From: Heterodontus francisci
Lineage: Eukaryota
DNA length: 64,000 nucleotides
Assembly (NCBI RefSeq): GCF_036365525.1
Contig: NC_090382.1
Coordinates: 63,195,487-63,259,486, forward strand
Reading direction: 5' to 3'
The stretch's first letter is position 1; each line of letters starts with the position of its first letter. Made by a program: the position numbers and the translations under genes. Positions 1 to 12,985 of this stretch are shown in pieces. The notes under the pieces were generated by a model. It was not told where the DNA came from and made no database searches. It saw only the letters and a list, made by a program, of their open reading frames with translations.

Positions 1-599
1 TTAAAACTCCCACATTGCCTTAAAAAAGCACTGATGCCAATTCATTTTCATCTCAGTAACGCTTAACTTTCTGTGAAGCACATATTAGTGAGAAGCAAAA
101 TTGCCCCCATATCTGGCAAGGCTCTTCTGATTGATTTCTTACAACCCCAAATATATCACAAGAAAAATCTTGCAGTCTAATTGATGATCTTTCTCTTATG
201 TCTACCCTCCAATTTTTCTTTCCAGCACATATGTGTTTGTGTCCTAACCTATGTACTCCATCCTAGGGTGTTAAAATGTTGACTGCAATGGATCTAAATA
301 TCATGCACTGTGTAGAACGGTAGCCGTTCTAATACTGCCCATTCTGTACCACTGCTCAAGGCATATTTTGCCCTAAGTTTTAATTTATTTTTCTTCTACT
401 CGCTTCAATCTTGATAGTGTTTTATTCTGCGCTTTGGATCTGGCCTTTCTTGTAATTTCTCAATTTTGTAGACTTGGGACCAGGACAAAAGAACAGGTTT
501 AAGGGTTTCATTGTAAACATGCAATCAGGAAGTTGAAGAATGAGCGGGAGAAGAGATAGACTGCACCCAGATTTTCAGGTGCATCACTGGATGTGCTGA

Positions 600-3500
600 T
601 GGACTAGGGTTGTAGATAAGGCTTTAAAAAAATAGTTGGGGGGGTGGGGGGTGGGTTCAATTGAAGGGAAGTTTAAAAAGTCAAAAAGTAACGACACATC
701 AGAGGTGCAGGGCAGTGAAGGGGCATACATTAATCAAAGTGTGACAGGAAGGGACAGAGAATACAAGCACAAGAGTACAGCAGAAATTAGAACCAGAGTA
801 GGTAAAAATGGTAAAAAGTCAAAGTTTAAGGCTCTTTATCTGAATGCACGTAGCATTTGTAACAAGATAGATGAGCTGATGGCACAGATAGAAATAAATG
901 AATATGATTTGATAGCTATCACTGAGACGTGGTTGCAGGATGACCAGGACTGGAATCTTATTGTTCAAGGATATTCAATGTTCCGGAAGAATAGGCAGAA
1001 AGGAAGAAGAGGTGGGGTAGCTTTGCTATTAAAGGAAGGGATCAGTGCAGTTGTGAGTAATGATACAGGTGTAATAGATTGTGATGTAGAATCAGTTTGG
1101 GTGGAAATAAGGAATAGCAAGGGAACGAAATCACAGGTGGGAGTAGTCTACAGGCCCCCAAAGAGTTGCCTCTCTGTAGGATATTAATCAGGAAATAATG
1201 GAGGCGTGTAAGAAGGGCACTGCAATTATCATGGGTGATTTTAATCTGCATATAGACTGGACAAATCAAATTGGCAAGGGTAGCATGGAAGACGAATTTG
1301 TAGAGTGCCTCAGGGATTGTTACTTAGAGCAATATGTTGCAGAACCTACCAGGGAACAGGCTATTTTAGATTTGGTAATGTTTAATGAGGTAGGATTAAT
1401 AAGAAATCTCATATTTAAGGATCCTTTAGGGGGAAGCGATCATAACATGGTGAATTTCAAATTCAGTTTGAGGGTGAGTAACTTGGGTCTCAAACCAGTG
1501 TCTTCAACTGAAACAAGGGCAATTTCAGAGGTATGAAGAAAGAGTTGTCTAAAGCAGGCTGGGAAGATAGATTACAGGAGAAGTCAGTAGATGAGCAGTG
1601 GCAGACTGTTAAGCAGATATTTCATAACACTCAACAAATATTTATTCCAGTCAGAAGGAAGGACTCGAAGAGAACGATGAACCACCTGTGGATAACAAAG
1701 GAAGTTAAGGAGAGTATCAAATCAAAAGCAAAGCTGTGCAATGCGGCAAAAACGAGTGGTACGCCAGAGGATTGGGAAGTTTTTAGAAACCAGCAGCGGA
1801 TGACTAAAAAACTAATAAAGAGGGAGAAAATTGATTATGAGAGTAAATTGGTAAGAAATATAAAAATGAACAGTAAGAGCTTCTATGGGTATATTAAAAG
1901 GAAGAGAGCAGCTAAAGTAAGTGTGGGGCCCTTAGAGGATGAGAATGGGGAATTAATAACAGGGAACAGGGAAATGGCAGATTTAACCAATATTTTGCAT
2001 TGGTCTTCACGGTGGAGTACACTATAAACATCCCAATAATAATAGATGAACAAGGTGTAAATGGGAGGGAGGAACTTGTAACAATCTCTATCATGAGGGA
2101 AAAGGTGCTGGACAAACTGATGGGACTAAAGGAAGACACGTTGCCAGGACCTGATGACCTGCACCCAAGGGCTTTAAATAAGTGGCTTCAGAGATGGTGG
2201 AGGCATTGGTCATAATATAACAAAACTCACTGGATACCAGTGGATTGGAAAACCGTTAATGTGACACCCCTATTCAAGAAAGGAGGGAGACAGAAAGCAG
2301 GAAACTTCAGACCAGTTAGCTTAACATCAGTCATTGGGAAAATGCTTGAGTCCATTATTAAGGAAGAAATAGCAGGACATTTAGAAAAACATAATGCAAT
2401 CAAACAGAGTCAACATGGTTTCATGAAAGGGAAATCATTTTTGACAAATTTGTTCTAGTTCTTTGAGGATATAACAAGCAGAGTGGATAAAGGAGAACCA
2501 GTAGATGTGTATTTGGATTTTCAGAAGGCGTTCGATAAGGTGCCACATAAAAGGTTATTGCACAAAATAGGAACTCAGAGTATTGGGGGTAATGTGTTGG
2601 CATGGATTGAGGATTGGCTAACACACAGAAGGCAGAGAGTCGGGATTAATGGGTCTTTTTCAGGTTGGAAAGCCGTGACTAGTGGGGTGTCACAAGGATC
2701 GGTCCTAGGGCCTCAGCTATTTACTATCTACATTAATGACTTAGAGGAAGGGACAGAGTGTAGTGTATCCAAATTTGCTGATGATACAAAAATAGTTGTG
2801 ATGAGGACATAAAGAATCTGAAAAGGGATATAGATAGGTTAAGTGAGTGGGCAAAAATTTGGCAGATGGTGTTCAATGTGGGAAAGTGTGAGGTAATCCA
2901 CTTTGGTAGGAAGAATAAAAAGGCAGATTATTATTTAGATGGAGAAAGACTACAAAATACTGCAGTACAGAGGGATCTGGGTCTTCTTGTGCATGAAACA
3001 CAAAAGGTTAGCATGCAGGTGTAGCAAGTAATTAGGAAGGCAAATGAAATTTTGGCCTTTATTGCTAGGGGGTTAGAGTTTAAAAATAGGGAAGTCCTGT
3101 TACAACTGTACAGGGTGTTGGTGAGGCCACACCTGGAGTACTCCGTATTTAAAGAAGGATATACTAGTATTGGAAGCAGTTCAGAAAAGGTTCACTAGGC
3201 TGATTCCTGGGATGAAGGGGCTCTGTTATCAAGAATGGCTAAACAGGTTAGGGCTTTATTCATTGGAGTTCAGAAGAATGAGAGGTGATCTTATAGAAAC
3301 ATATAAGATTTTAAGGGGGCTTGACAGGGTAGATGTTGAGAAGATGTTTCTACCAGTGGGGGAATCTCGAACTAGGGGACATAATTACAGAATAAGGGAG
3401 CACACATTTAAAACTGAGATGCAAAGGAATTTCTTCTCTCAGAGGGTGGTGAATCTCTGGAATTCTCTGCCTCAGAGAGTTGTGGAGGCTAGGACACTAA

Positions 3501-3686
3501 ATGTATTTAAGGAGGAGGTAGATAGATTTTTGAAATCTCGGGGAGTCGAGAGTTAGGCAGAGCAAGCCCGAAAGAGAAGTTGAGGACTGGGACAGATCAG
3601 CCATGATCTTATTGAATGGCGGGGCAGGCTTAAGGGGCTGAATGGCCTACTCCTGCTCCTATTTCTTCTGTTCTTCTGTTCTTATG
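600..3686 (+). mobile_element. CR1-clade LINE (HER1-like), ORF2 endonuclease + RT, frameshifted, with 3' tail
   Basis: ORF pieces give APE motifs (LYLNARSI, IAITETWL, GGGVALL, IIMGDFN, SDHNMV) and RT motifs ([36 protein letters not shown]), then the CR1 C-terminus (RRMRGDLIETYKI, WNSLP). The 3' tail GGCTGAATGGCCTACTCCTGCTCCTATT is followed by (TTCTG)n/TTCTTATG. Confidence 0.95.
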
Positions 3687-3689
3687 GGA

Positions 3690-4300
3690 CAGTAAGGAGC
3701 AGGAGGGAGGTACTGTTCGTGGCCAGTAGGAAGAAGAAGCCTGCTTCCATGATCAAGAAGGCCTGAATGAAAGTTACAGAGGTCATCAGCAGCAGGAGTG
3801 TGATCCAAAGATCATGGATTCAGTGCCGTAAGTATTTCAATGACCTGAACAAGTCAAGAAAAATGAGCATACCGCTAGTCACCCAAATCCTGCACTGCAT
3901 CCCCTTTCACTTTGTCTTGTCAGTCCTACTCCATTCACACCACAGCATTTTCATCATGACCAAACAGAACCAGTGGACCTCCTGTCACCCTCACTCCCTT
4001 GGCATGCTCACCTCCTGTTTCCTCTCTCCAACACTGCCAGTGACTGCAATCCTCATCTCTTAAAACCTCAGTCGCCTCCAACCACTCTCATCAAACATGC
4101 TGAAATTACACCATTAACACAATCCTCAAAGGCATGCTCCTTACACTCATCACATATGTGTCTGATTCTCACCTTCACCATTTGCACCGCATTCATCGAT
4201 ATAAATATTCTTCAGAGCCACTGACAGGTATGTTGTGCCACCCTCGCAGAAGAGAGTATAAACTGCCAAGGATAGGACAAGGACCAGTAGAGGATTCTAA
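3690..4300 (+). mobile_element. PIF/Harbinger Myb/SANT-like ORF remnant
   Basis: Translation KKA*MKVTEVISSRSVIQRSWIQCRKYFNDL matches the Myb/SANT motif (W..V......RS..QC.K.FNDL) also present at 13467 and on the minus strand near 42200. Confidence 0.7.
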
Positions 4301-4861
4301 CTCAAAGTAGAGATTTCCCCAGTGATGGAGAAGCCTGGTAGGCTTCAGCAGAAATTAAGGCCTATATAATAATGGTCCTGTCCATCTGCTGGGAAATCTC
4401 AGGATATTAATCTTGCTTCCCAAAGCTTTTTTCCTCCTTCCACATAGCGGTCCTGTGAAGTAGTACTAACTGGGGTTGATGCTAAGAAATCTATTGAGGA
4501 TCTACTCTCCACTTAGATAGAAATATGTTCAATCATTTTCACACATTCACACATAAATATTAAAGTCTGGCTGCTATTCCTCCCCACTATAGAACACTCT
4601 CCATTGTCTCCAACCCACTGTTATTGACACAGCAGTCTCCTTTATGGATGGCCTGCTGAAATAGCAGACTGTTCATCAGTGCTAGGAACACACGGGTAGC
4701 TCAGCAGTTGAAAGCATGTCTGGCCCCATTATGAAAATGATTTGGGCCTCTGACTGTCATCATCAGGCAGGCATTCTGATCACTCCACCCAACACGTGTT
4801 CATGTAGCAAATATTAAATTTGACCTCAATAGATAAAGAAAAATCCAAATAAGTGCAAGTT

Positions 4862-6008
4862 AGCTTGGCTCAGGGATAGTCTCCTGACTCAATGACAACA
4901 GTGCCATCAGCTCAAGACCCACTACAATGTTGGAGGTGCTGTTCCTTGGATAAGGTATTAAGCAGAGGCTCTAGATGGAATTTTACAGTTTCCCAATGAG
5001 CGGGCTGGTGGTGGGGGGCAGGGCCGTAAAATTGAGTGGGAGGTGGGAGGGCTGCTCCCGATGCCTTCCCGCCCCCTGCTGCAATTTTACTCGGGGTGGT
5101 GGCAGCGAGAAACGGCTGTCCCTCCCCAGGCCAATCAAGGCCATTAAGTGGCCAATTAACTGCCACTTAAAGAACTCCTTCCGTCACCGCTTATTTTACC
5201 CGCAGTTGCTGGACGGCAAAGGCCCCAAGAGCACCACCTGATAAAACCTGGTAGCCTTTTTGTGGGCTGAGGGGTGTGGGGGGGGGGCTCCTGATTGGCA
5301 CCCTGTGACCCACAGAGGACTGTCCCTGAAACCCCAATCGCCCCCACCACACAACACTTTCCTCCCCCCCCCACCAACGGACCCCCCCCTTGCCTCTCTG
5401 GGGCCTGGCTGATTGTCCCCTGCGAGGCCACAAAAACTTACAATCTTTTGGGGGCCATCGTCCCTTCTTGCTGCCATTGGCTGGGTTTGGTCCCAGCAGT
5501 GACCACTGCTCCCAGTGGCTGTGCCAGAAGTAAGAGCAACTGGCCCGCTGATTAGCAAGCAGGTCCATTAGATAGGAATTCCTGCCTCAAGGAGGTTGAA
5601 GTCCCGTCCAAGGCCAATTAAGGACCTGGGAGCGAAAAATCCCTGTGTGGCTCCCCAGGCCCAGCAGAGGCGGGCTCGCTCCCGACTTTTCGGCTCATGG
5701 TCAGGGCCTCCCGCACATCGTAAAATTCCGGCCTCTGTCTGTCTGTTGAGGTGAACAAAAAGATCCCATAGTGTTATTTAAAGAAGAGCAGGACAGTGAT
5801 CCTGATACACTGGTCAACATTTACTCCTCAACCAAAGCCATCAAATCAGATTATTTGTTTGGTTTCTCCACTTTGCCTCTTGTGGGATGTTGCTATGTGC
5901 CAACTGGCTGCTGTGTTTATCTGTATTAACAACTGTGACTACACTTAAAAGTAATTCACAGGATGCATAGCACTTTCACATGCCAGGAATGGTGTTATAT
6001 AAATCCTT
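4862..6008 (+). mobile_element. Deu-domain SINE (SacSINE1/AmnSINE1-like), split by a MITE
   Basis: Deu-domain-like text GGAGGTGCTGTTCCTTGGATAAGG...AAAAGATCCCATAG...GAAGAGCAGG...CAGATTAT...AACTGGCTGCTGTGTTT...GTGACTACACTT...TATATAAAT resumes cleanly after the 4973-5733 insert. Confidence 0.75.
4973..5733. mobile_element. Non-autonomous Harbinger-type MITE (GC-rich)
   Basis: TIRs ..GGAATTTTAC / GTAAAATTCCGGCC and a 3-bp TSD TCT (4970-4972, 5734-5736). The interior resembles the 59592 and 63291 copies in opposite orientation. Confidence 0.85.
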
Positions 6009-7611
6009 GTTCATTATTAATTTGCCCAGCAGTCTCTTGATAACAAGCCAAGTCAAAATGAACAGGTTCTGTGAAATATTAATACACATAATATTTCTAG
6101 TTATTGTGAATAAATGGTGAGACAGTTAACTGCAGTCATTTGTGATATAGGAATGTGAATGTCAATACAATTTCAAACCCTTTGTATAAATATTGTTGAA
6201 TGTTGAAGCTTTTTTACATTGATACTGAAATATTTTAGATCATGCAATCATAATGTTGTAAACAAAAAAAAATCAGAGATTTTGAGAGAAAGTAGCTGTG
6301 TTCAGAACTGAATTTAAGTAATTAAAGATTCCTCAATGGAATATTTGAAAGAGTAGTCAAAAAGTCAGGTTACTGCTGAATTTAATATACCAATTAAAAG
6401 CTATCAGCAACGTATTTATGTTGCTCATTAAGTTATATAAAAACCTGCTGAGACAATTGTTTCCTTTGATAATATCAATGGATTTTCAATATAAGTTCAT
6501 GCCTACTCCATTGATCAGCTCAAGGCAACGTGCAGAGATAGAGATCAAACAGGTTTATTGCACTAATAAAAGTTGAATTATCTGCATTTAAGAAACAGTG
6601 AACAATTTGCTTGTAATTTGGCACCTACAACTCTAATCTTTCATTCATTATTGGCACAGAATGATTATTAGTAATTTGTTCTAATGGTGTAATTGCTTAT
6701 AGCCTATCCCAGGACCATGCATCAGTGAAACAAATGTTGTAAATTAAATTTTCTCACTAGCTTGTAGAGGAGCAGTAGATTAAACATGTTCAAGAATGTG
6801 GTTAACACGCTATTGCTTTTATTTTTTGTCAATTTTCTGTCTTCAGATATAGTTCCACTCATCTAAACCTTTCTGTATTTTCAACACCAATATCTCAAAA
6901 CTGAATGAGGTGCTGCATGTTTCTGTCGCTTGCAAATACCTTTATGATTGTGCTGATCTTGTTTATCTTTACAAAAGGTAAAAAAAATGTCACCCACTAA
7001 ATCATTCTCAATGTGTACGCAGTAACTTGGCGATGCAGCTTATGATGACAGAAGATGGAATTGCGTTCTAAGGCCTTGCAGTCTTAAATTTCACCATTAT
7101 AGCTGCAGTTCTAACTGAAACTTAATCAAAAGCATTAACTGTAATGTGCAGCTAAAAGTTAACAGATTAAAATGTTGAAACAACTGCAAATCAAGTGTTT
7201 TTTTCTTGGTTATCGTCACATGCTCTGTTCTATTCCACATAGACGTGTAAAAATATTGTACGTCCCATAACATTCCTGCACCTTATATTTGAAGATGTTT
7301 GCCAACTGGTTTCAAAACTAGACTCAACAAAGGCCTTTATATGGTACTTATCAGGTTATATATATGGTGTTGCATTAGCAGTACAGGTAGGCTGAATATA
7401 ATACTATTATGATCAAGATCTGTCTTAATCATATAGAAAGATTATAAAATTGGATTAAGAGTCTTGCATCAAAATTTGTACCTGAAGTGTCATATCTCAA
7501 AGGAATCATGAACTTGCAGGCCAAAAATATCACAATTGATTCAAGTACCAATTGTCTAATTGGGACCCAATTAAAATTATTTAATTCACTACATAACTAG
7601 GAAAAGAAAAC

Positions 7612-7709
7612 ACTCAGCTCACCACCACCTTCTTAACGGCAATTAGGGATGGGCAATAAATGCTGGCCCGGCCAGCGACGCCCACATCCCATGAATGAAT
7701 TAAAAAAAA
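7612..7709 (+). mobile_element. 3' tail only of the tRNA-headed LINE family
   Basis: CAGCTCACCACCACCTTC...GGCAATTAGGGATGGGCAATAAATGCTGG...CCCACATCCCATGAATGAAT(A)n is nearly identical to 48523-48618. Confidence 0.9.
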
Positions 7710-7728
7710 CAAGTTCCAGGTCAATTAC

Positions 7729-8005
7729 TGTAGTCTATGGATGTAAAGGGTTAATACAGAAGACAGTGAGAGAGACCCCTCCCACTGTAAGAGTGATAAT
7801 GCAACAGTCACATGAGATAGACAGGAGAAGAAGAGAGGGAGCAGCACAGAGGATGCTAGCTTAGGTGGCATGAGGAGTATGTATATAATATACTGTAAAT
7901 AATAAACAATTCTGAGTTAACCTTTACCGAGCCTGAGACTTTCTCCAGATCATCCCTGAAACGCTAGTGAAGACTCTACTAATAACAATACAACAATACG
8001 CAACA
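7729..8005 (+). mobile_element. Gypsy solo LTR
   Basis: TG...CA ends, an AATAAA signal and a near TSD ATTAC/AATAC. It shares AAAGGGTTAAT...CCCTCCCACTGT...AACAGTCACATG with the LTRs at 16847 and 27423. Confidence 0.8.
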
Positions 8006-8009
8006 AATA

Positions 8010-8283
8010 CCACTCACTGCATAAAAAAATTCTTCCTCACCTCCCTCCTGCATTTCTTGACCTAAACCTTAAATCTGTGTCCCCTATTCCTTGTACCATC
8101 AAATAATGGGACAGCTTTTCTTTGTCTACCTTATCTAAACCTGTCATAATCTTGTACACCTCCATCAAATCTCTCCTAAAACTCCTTGCTCCATGGAGAA
8201 CAACCCCATCTTCTCCAACCTAACCTTGGAGCTAAAGTCGCTCATTCCTGGAACCATTCTGGTAAATCTTCTCTGCACCCTGT
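8010..8283 (-). mobile_element. CR1 LINE 3' fragment
   Basis: The reverse complement resembles the CR1 C-terminal coding region (GDLMEVYKIMTGLDKVD..LSHY..TRNRGH), as in 3200-3450. Confidence 0.75.
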
Positions 8284-8295
8284 GATGGAGTCTTC

Positions 8296-8765
8296 AGGCT
8301 GAATTTAGTGAGGCCATTTGGAGTGGGAATGGAGGGGGAGGGGGAGGATGCTGGAGAATAGCGTCAGACACGTCCACCCGGAAATCCGACGTTGTGATGA
8401 CAGTTCTGTATTTAGTCAACGGCGGAAAAGCACCAAGGCGACGTTGCTGCCCCAATGCGATGGAACTGCCAGTTAAATTTTAAAGCAGCTAGTTACAATA
8501 CATTGGCATGCAATTGATCGCGATTCCATGAAGACGTGAGATTAAGTGGACAACAGGTGGCCCTCATGTGCCTTCGGATTCCCAGCCATCGAAAGATAGC
8601 AGCACTGAGATAAGGCCAAGGTGCCGCAATGAGTAGGCAGACAGGACCAACACTGGATAGGGGAAGAGGGGGGAGCGGAGGCCACGGTCAGCCTGCAGTG
8701 CTGTGCGCTCTGCATGGGTAAGCTTGGTCTCAGGTGGCAGTGCCAGTGGGCTTGGTCTCAGGTGG
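8296..8765. mobile_element. Harbinger/MITE end fragment
   Basis: It starts with TIR-like AGGCTGAATTT and has the GC-rich interior typical of the other Harbinger ends here. Confidence 0.4.
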
Positions 8766-8819
8766 TCCGTGTAGTATAAGGTAATATAGGGTTGTTACTG
8801 GACAGAATATGTAAATGGT

Positions 8820-9822
8820 CTGTGAGTGCAAACTAGCAAAGTTACCTCAAAGAGTATAGAGGTTTAGATTAAGATTGATGAGACTCAATGCTAAAACTGA
8901 ATATGCTCCCGGGAAACAGCAAGTAACAGCAGGTGCATTATCACGTATTTCATCAACAGAACCTCAAGAAGGTGACATTCTATTTCTTGAGGAAATAGAA
9001 GTGTTTGCTCTGACAACAACAGAGAATTTATCTGCTGCAGCTCAGAAATTGAGTGAAATCAGGAATTCTCAAAAGGAAGTGTTAAGGTAATATTTTGAGC
9101 AAAGGGGTCATCTGATCATTGTGAAAGATTTGTTGATATTTGACAAGAGATTAGTTATCCCAAGGATACTAAGATTAGAGATCTTGGAAAGATTACACCA
9201 AGGGCATTTGGGAATAACAAAGTGCAGAGCCAGGGCAAGACAGTCAGTTTGGCGGCCTGTATAACGAAAGAAATTGAAGAGATGATATCGAAGTGACATA
9301 GGTGTGCTATCAATCGTCAGGAGATGAAGGAACCACTCATGTCATCATCTTTTCTGTCTCGACCATGGAAGCGTCTAGATATGAATTTTTTTGAGCATAA
9401 GAATAAAATATTCTTAATCACTGTTGATTACTACTCAAGGTGGGTTAAAGTGAAGCAATTACAAGGTCAGAATTCAGAAGGTGTAATCGCATCCATGAGA
9501 GAAATCTTTGCTTTGCACAGAATCCCAGATATTGTGATATCTGACAATAGGCCACAATTTGCGAATGAATGCTTCAGAGAGTTTACAGAAGCACATGCTT
9601 TACTCGCATCACTAGTTTGCTGAGGGACCCTCAGGCTAATGGCAAAGAAGAGAGGTGTAAGGACTGTGAAAGGGTTGTTAAAAAAGAATGAAGATTTTCA
9701 ATTAGCACTTCTAAATTATCGATCGACACCAATTCAGAATGGTTTAATCCCATGCAAATTGTTGATGCGAAGAAAGTTGTGAACACAACTTCCTATACTT
9801 CCAAAAACACTCGAATCACAAG
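8820..9822 (+). mobile_element. Gypsy pol fragment (RNase H end + integrase), decayed
   Basis: YAPGKQQVTAGALSR, the HHCC region LHQGHLGITKCRARARQSVW, and the core RPWKRLDMNFFEHKNKIFLITVDYYSRW...VISDNRPQF. Confidence 0.9.
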
Positions 9823-9967
9823 TTGTGGCCTAACCAGAGCTTTATAAAGATTCAGTATAACTTCCCTGCTTTTGTATTCAATACCTCTATTTATGAAGCT
9901 GAAGATTCCATAGTCTTTGCTAACTACTCTTTCAATATGTCCTGCCACCTTCAAAGATCTGTGCATG

Positions 9968-10137
9968 AAGATTGGAATTCCACAGTAGGTCTCCTGATCA
10001 TCTGCTATAACTTTAGCGAAAGATCCAAGAAAAATGATGGGAACCCCATTTCTGCAATCTCTCTGGGTTTTTTTTTACAGAACTTCTACCAGAGTTGCAG
10101 CAGGCGATTGGGAGAATCCCCATAGAAGTACAATCCC
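9968..10137. repeat. Short fold-back (palindromic) MITE-like element
   Basis: The left arm TCTCCTGATCATCTGCTATAACTTT is an imperfect reverse complement of the right arm AGAGTTGCAGCAGGCGATTGGGAGA. Confidence 0.55.
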
Positions 10138-10467
10138 AATATATATGTAGAAAAAGTTAGTTATAGATATGTTAACAATTGCGTAATTCTAAATGAAACT
10201 TAATCATACTCATAATTATCTATTGTATGTTTGAATGGGAAAGGTAAAACAGTGATGCAGGGATTCTCAGGGTTGGCCACAAGGGCAGGTGTCTGGGCTG
10301 CATATGGGATGTCAGTCGGAAAGGACAAATGGGGGAGGAAATGTAAAGCAGAAAGAAGGCTGGGTCAAGTGCTTACATTTTTGACAGATTTTTAACTGTT
10401 TTTGGGAAAGTTCAACAATTACCTAATTTCTTTACCTAATGGCTGCTGGCCCAGTACTTAATACAGC

Positions 10468-11190
10468 ATATGAACATACCGACATACAAATTAGGACCAG
10501 GAGTAGATCGCTCAGCCCCTTGAGCCTGCTCTGCCATTCAACGCCTACCCCCAATAACCTTTCCTCCCCTTGCTCACCAAGAATCTATCTACCTCCGTCT
10601 TAAAAATATTCAGAGATGCTGCTTCCACCGCCTTTTGAGGAAGCGAGTTTCAAAGACTCACAACCCTCTGAGAAAAAAAAATTCTCCTCATCGCTGCCTT
10701 AAATGGGTGACCCCTTATTTTTAAGCAGTGACCCCTAGTTCTAGATTCTCCCACAAAGAGGAAACATCTTTTTCAACTCCACCCTGTCAAGACCCCTCAG
10801 GAACTTGTATGTTTCAATCAAGTCTCCTCTCACTCTTCTAAACTCCAGTGGATACAAGCCTAGCCTGTCCAACCTTTCCTCAAAAGACAAACTGTTCATT
10901 CCAGGTATTAGTCTAATAAACCTTCTCTGAACTGCTTCCAATACATTTACATCCTTCATTAAATAAGGAGACCAATAATGTACACAGTACTCTAGATGTG
11001 GTCTCACCAGTGCCCTGTACAACTGAAGCATAAACTCCCTATTTTTTGCATTCAGTTCTCCTCACAATAAATGATAACATTCTATTAGCTTTCCTAATTA
11101 CTTGCTGTAACTGCATACTTTTGTGATTCATGCACTAGGACAGCCAGATCCCTCTGCATCTCAGAGTTCTGCAATCCCTCACCAAGTACA
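10468..11190 (-). mobile_element. CR1 LINE, 5'-truncated
   Basis: ORF 10741-11031 reads LQLYRALVRPHLEYCVHYWSPY...RRVRGDLIETYK, and a CR1 tail lies at ~10470-10540. Confidence 0.92.
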
Positions 11191-11540
11191 TAATGTCTGT
11201 GATTTATCCCAAGCCTAGTTCCATCATACACTGCAGATTGCAGGCCTTACAGCCTTTGCCTGGCAAAATTTCTTTTTCATTATAGTATTGCTTTTACTTA
11301 GTATTGCAAAAGTACTTGCTGAATGGATTCTAACTCACTCTAATAATGTCTGGCTAGATCCTGCAACTCTTAATGAAACTTTAAAATAGTGGTTACAATG
11401 GAGATGAGCATATGAAAGATGATGATAGTACAATAAATGTACACTGCTGTGCTAGAAAATGCCAGACTAACAAATGACATCTATTGTAGCAGACCATAAA
11501 CTTTCTTCTTAATAGACATCAGGCTGATGTACAGAATACA

Positions 11541-11896
11541 GGGGCGGCACAGTGGCGCAGTGGTCAGCACCGCAGCCTCACAGCTCCAGCGACCCGGGTT
11601 CAATTCTGGGTACTGCCTGTGTGGAGTTTGCAAGTTCTCCCTGTGTCTGCGTGGGTTTCCTCCGGGTGCTCCGGTTTCCACCCACATGCCAAAGACTTGC
11701 AGGTTGATAGGTTAATTGGCCATTATAAATTGCCCCTAGTGTAGGTAGGTGGTAGGGAAATATAGGGACAGGTGGGGATGTGGTAGGAATATGGGATTAG
11801 TGTAGGATTAGTATAAATGGGTGGTTGATGGTCGGCACAGACTTGGTGGGCCGAAGGGCCTGTTTCAGTGCTGTATCTCTAAACTAAACTAAACTA
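11541..11896 (+). mobile_element. HE1-type V-SINE (tRNA head, V domain, CR1 tail)
   Basis: A box TGGCGCAGTGG, B box GGTTCAATTCT, V-domain GTGTGGAGTTTGCAAGTTCTCCCTGTGTCTGCGTGGGTTTCCTCCGGGTGCTCCGGTTTCC, and tail GGGCCGAAGGGCCTGTTTCAGTGCTGTATCTCT(AAACT)n. Confidence 0.92.
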
Positions 11897-12985
11897 ATAA
11901 GGGAAGAAAACAAATCTCAAAGTGAGAACAGATCTGTTGGCTTAACATTGCTAACTCTCTTTTTTTAAACTTAATTTCAGTCTCATAAGGTGAATGACAT
12001 CAAACACTGTTAAACCTCGAATGGAATCATAGCTAAGTCCAACACTTCACTGCATACCAAATTTCAGCTGCTGTTTAATAATGCTAGGATCCAATAAATG
12101 CTTATTTGCTTTGTATCAAAACTGTAAAGGTTATTTTCTTCTTCCTTTCTCCCATTTCTTTGGAATGAATGGGGCGGTAGTGATTTGAACACATTTCGTG
12201 CCAACCTTACACCTGAGGGCAACTTGATCCAATTTTAGAGCAGGTGTCACAATTGGCGGAAAGCATTCCCATCCAAAACGGATGGAATTCTCTTTGAAAC
12301 ATTTAAATTGGAGTTCTATTCAGTATTTAGGATTTCTATGCAAGTTTGGACTTCCACTGAGTGATGTAAATATACGGTAGTGTCCCCCAGGAGTTGGTGA
12401 TAGGACCTTTGCATGTTTTGTTAAATTTTGCAAGTTTTGGCTAAGATTTTGGTATGGGGGCATAATTTCAAAGACTGCAGACAGATGCCCCATTTACGAA
12501 TGTAAGGAGCCTAATGCCTGCTTAAGGCCACCTGAATTTGGGGCAGATATTAGAACACAGGACATTGATTCCGAAAATTAGGGCATCTATTTTTAAATAG
12601 TTACCCCGCTCAGAAAAGAAAACATACAATGGAAAGAAAAAAATTGTAGTGATATTCTTGTATGAAAATTTACAAGTTGACAAAAATACTGTTGTGCATT
12701 AATCTTATTCATTCCTACTTCAGTGAATAATACAATTTTACTGAAGCTGGAATGAATAGTATTATTGCACCATGTGCTATTTTTTCCATCTTAGGTTTTC
12801 CATATCAGGATGCCTGACATTCATAAAAAGAAAGACAATGATAGCAAAGCACAGCAGGAACAGCATTATAGGTTTTGGGGGAGAATTAGAAAAAAATTAT
12901 AAATTTGGCACTTCCCTTTTACAAACAAGTTCAAATTTCCAAGAACACCATTGTGAAAATAGGTATATTATAGGTGTTGAATTCT

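Noticed and set aside
472-578. Plus-strand exon (TTTTGTAG|...TTTTCAG|GTGCAT)
   Set aside because: The donor is weak and there is no convincing reading frame or partner exon.
4912-5568. Clusters of overlapping Gly/Pro-rich ORFs (also 36.0-36.6, 44.1-44.8, 59.7-60.4 and 63.4-64.0 kb)
   Set aside because: They lie in GC-rich MITEs where stop codons are rare, and they show no protein motifs.
11541-11620. tRNA gene-like A/B boxes (also 39727, 51369, 32305-32390, 47030)
   Set aside because: These are heads of retroposons with bodies and tails attached and no T-run terminator, so they are not tRNA genes.
11481-11715. Short ORFs repeated at 39555-39831 and 51167-51567
   Set aside because: They are translations of the HE1 SINE body.
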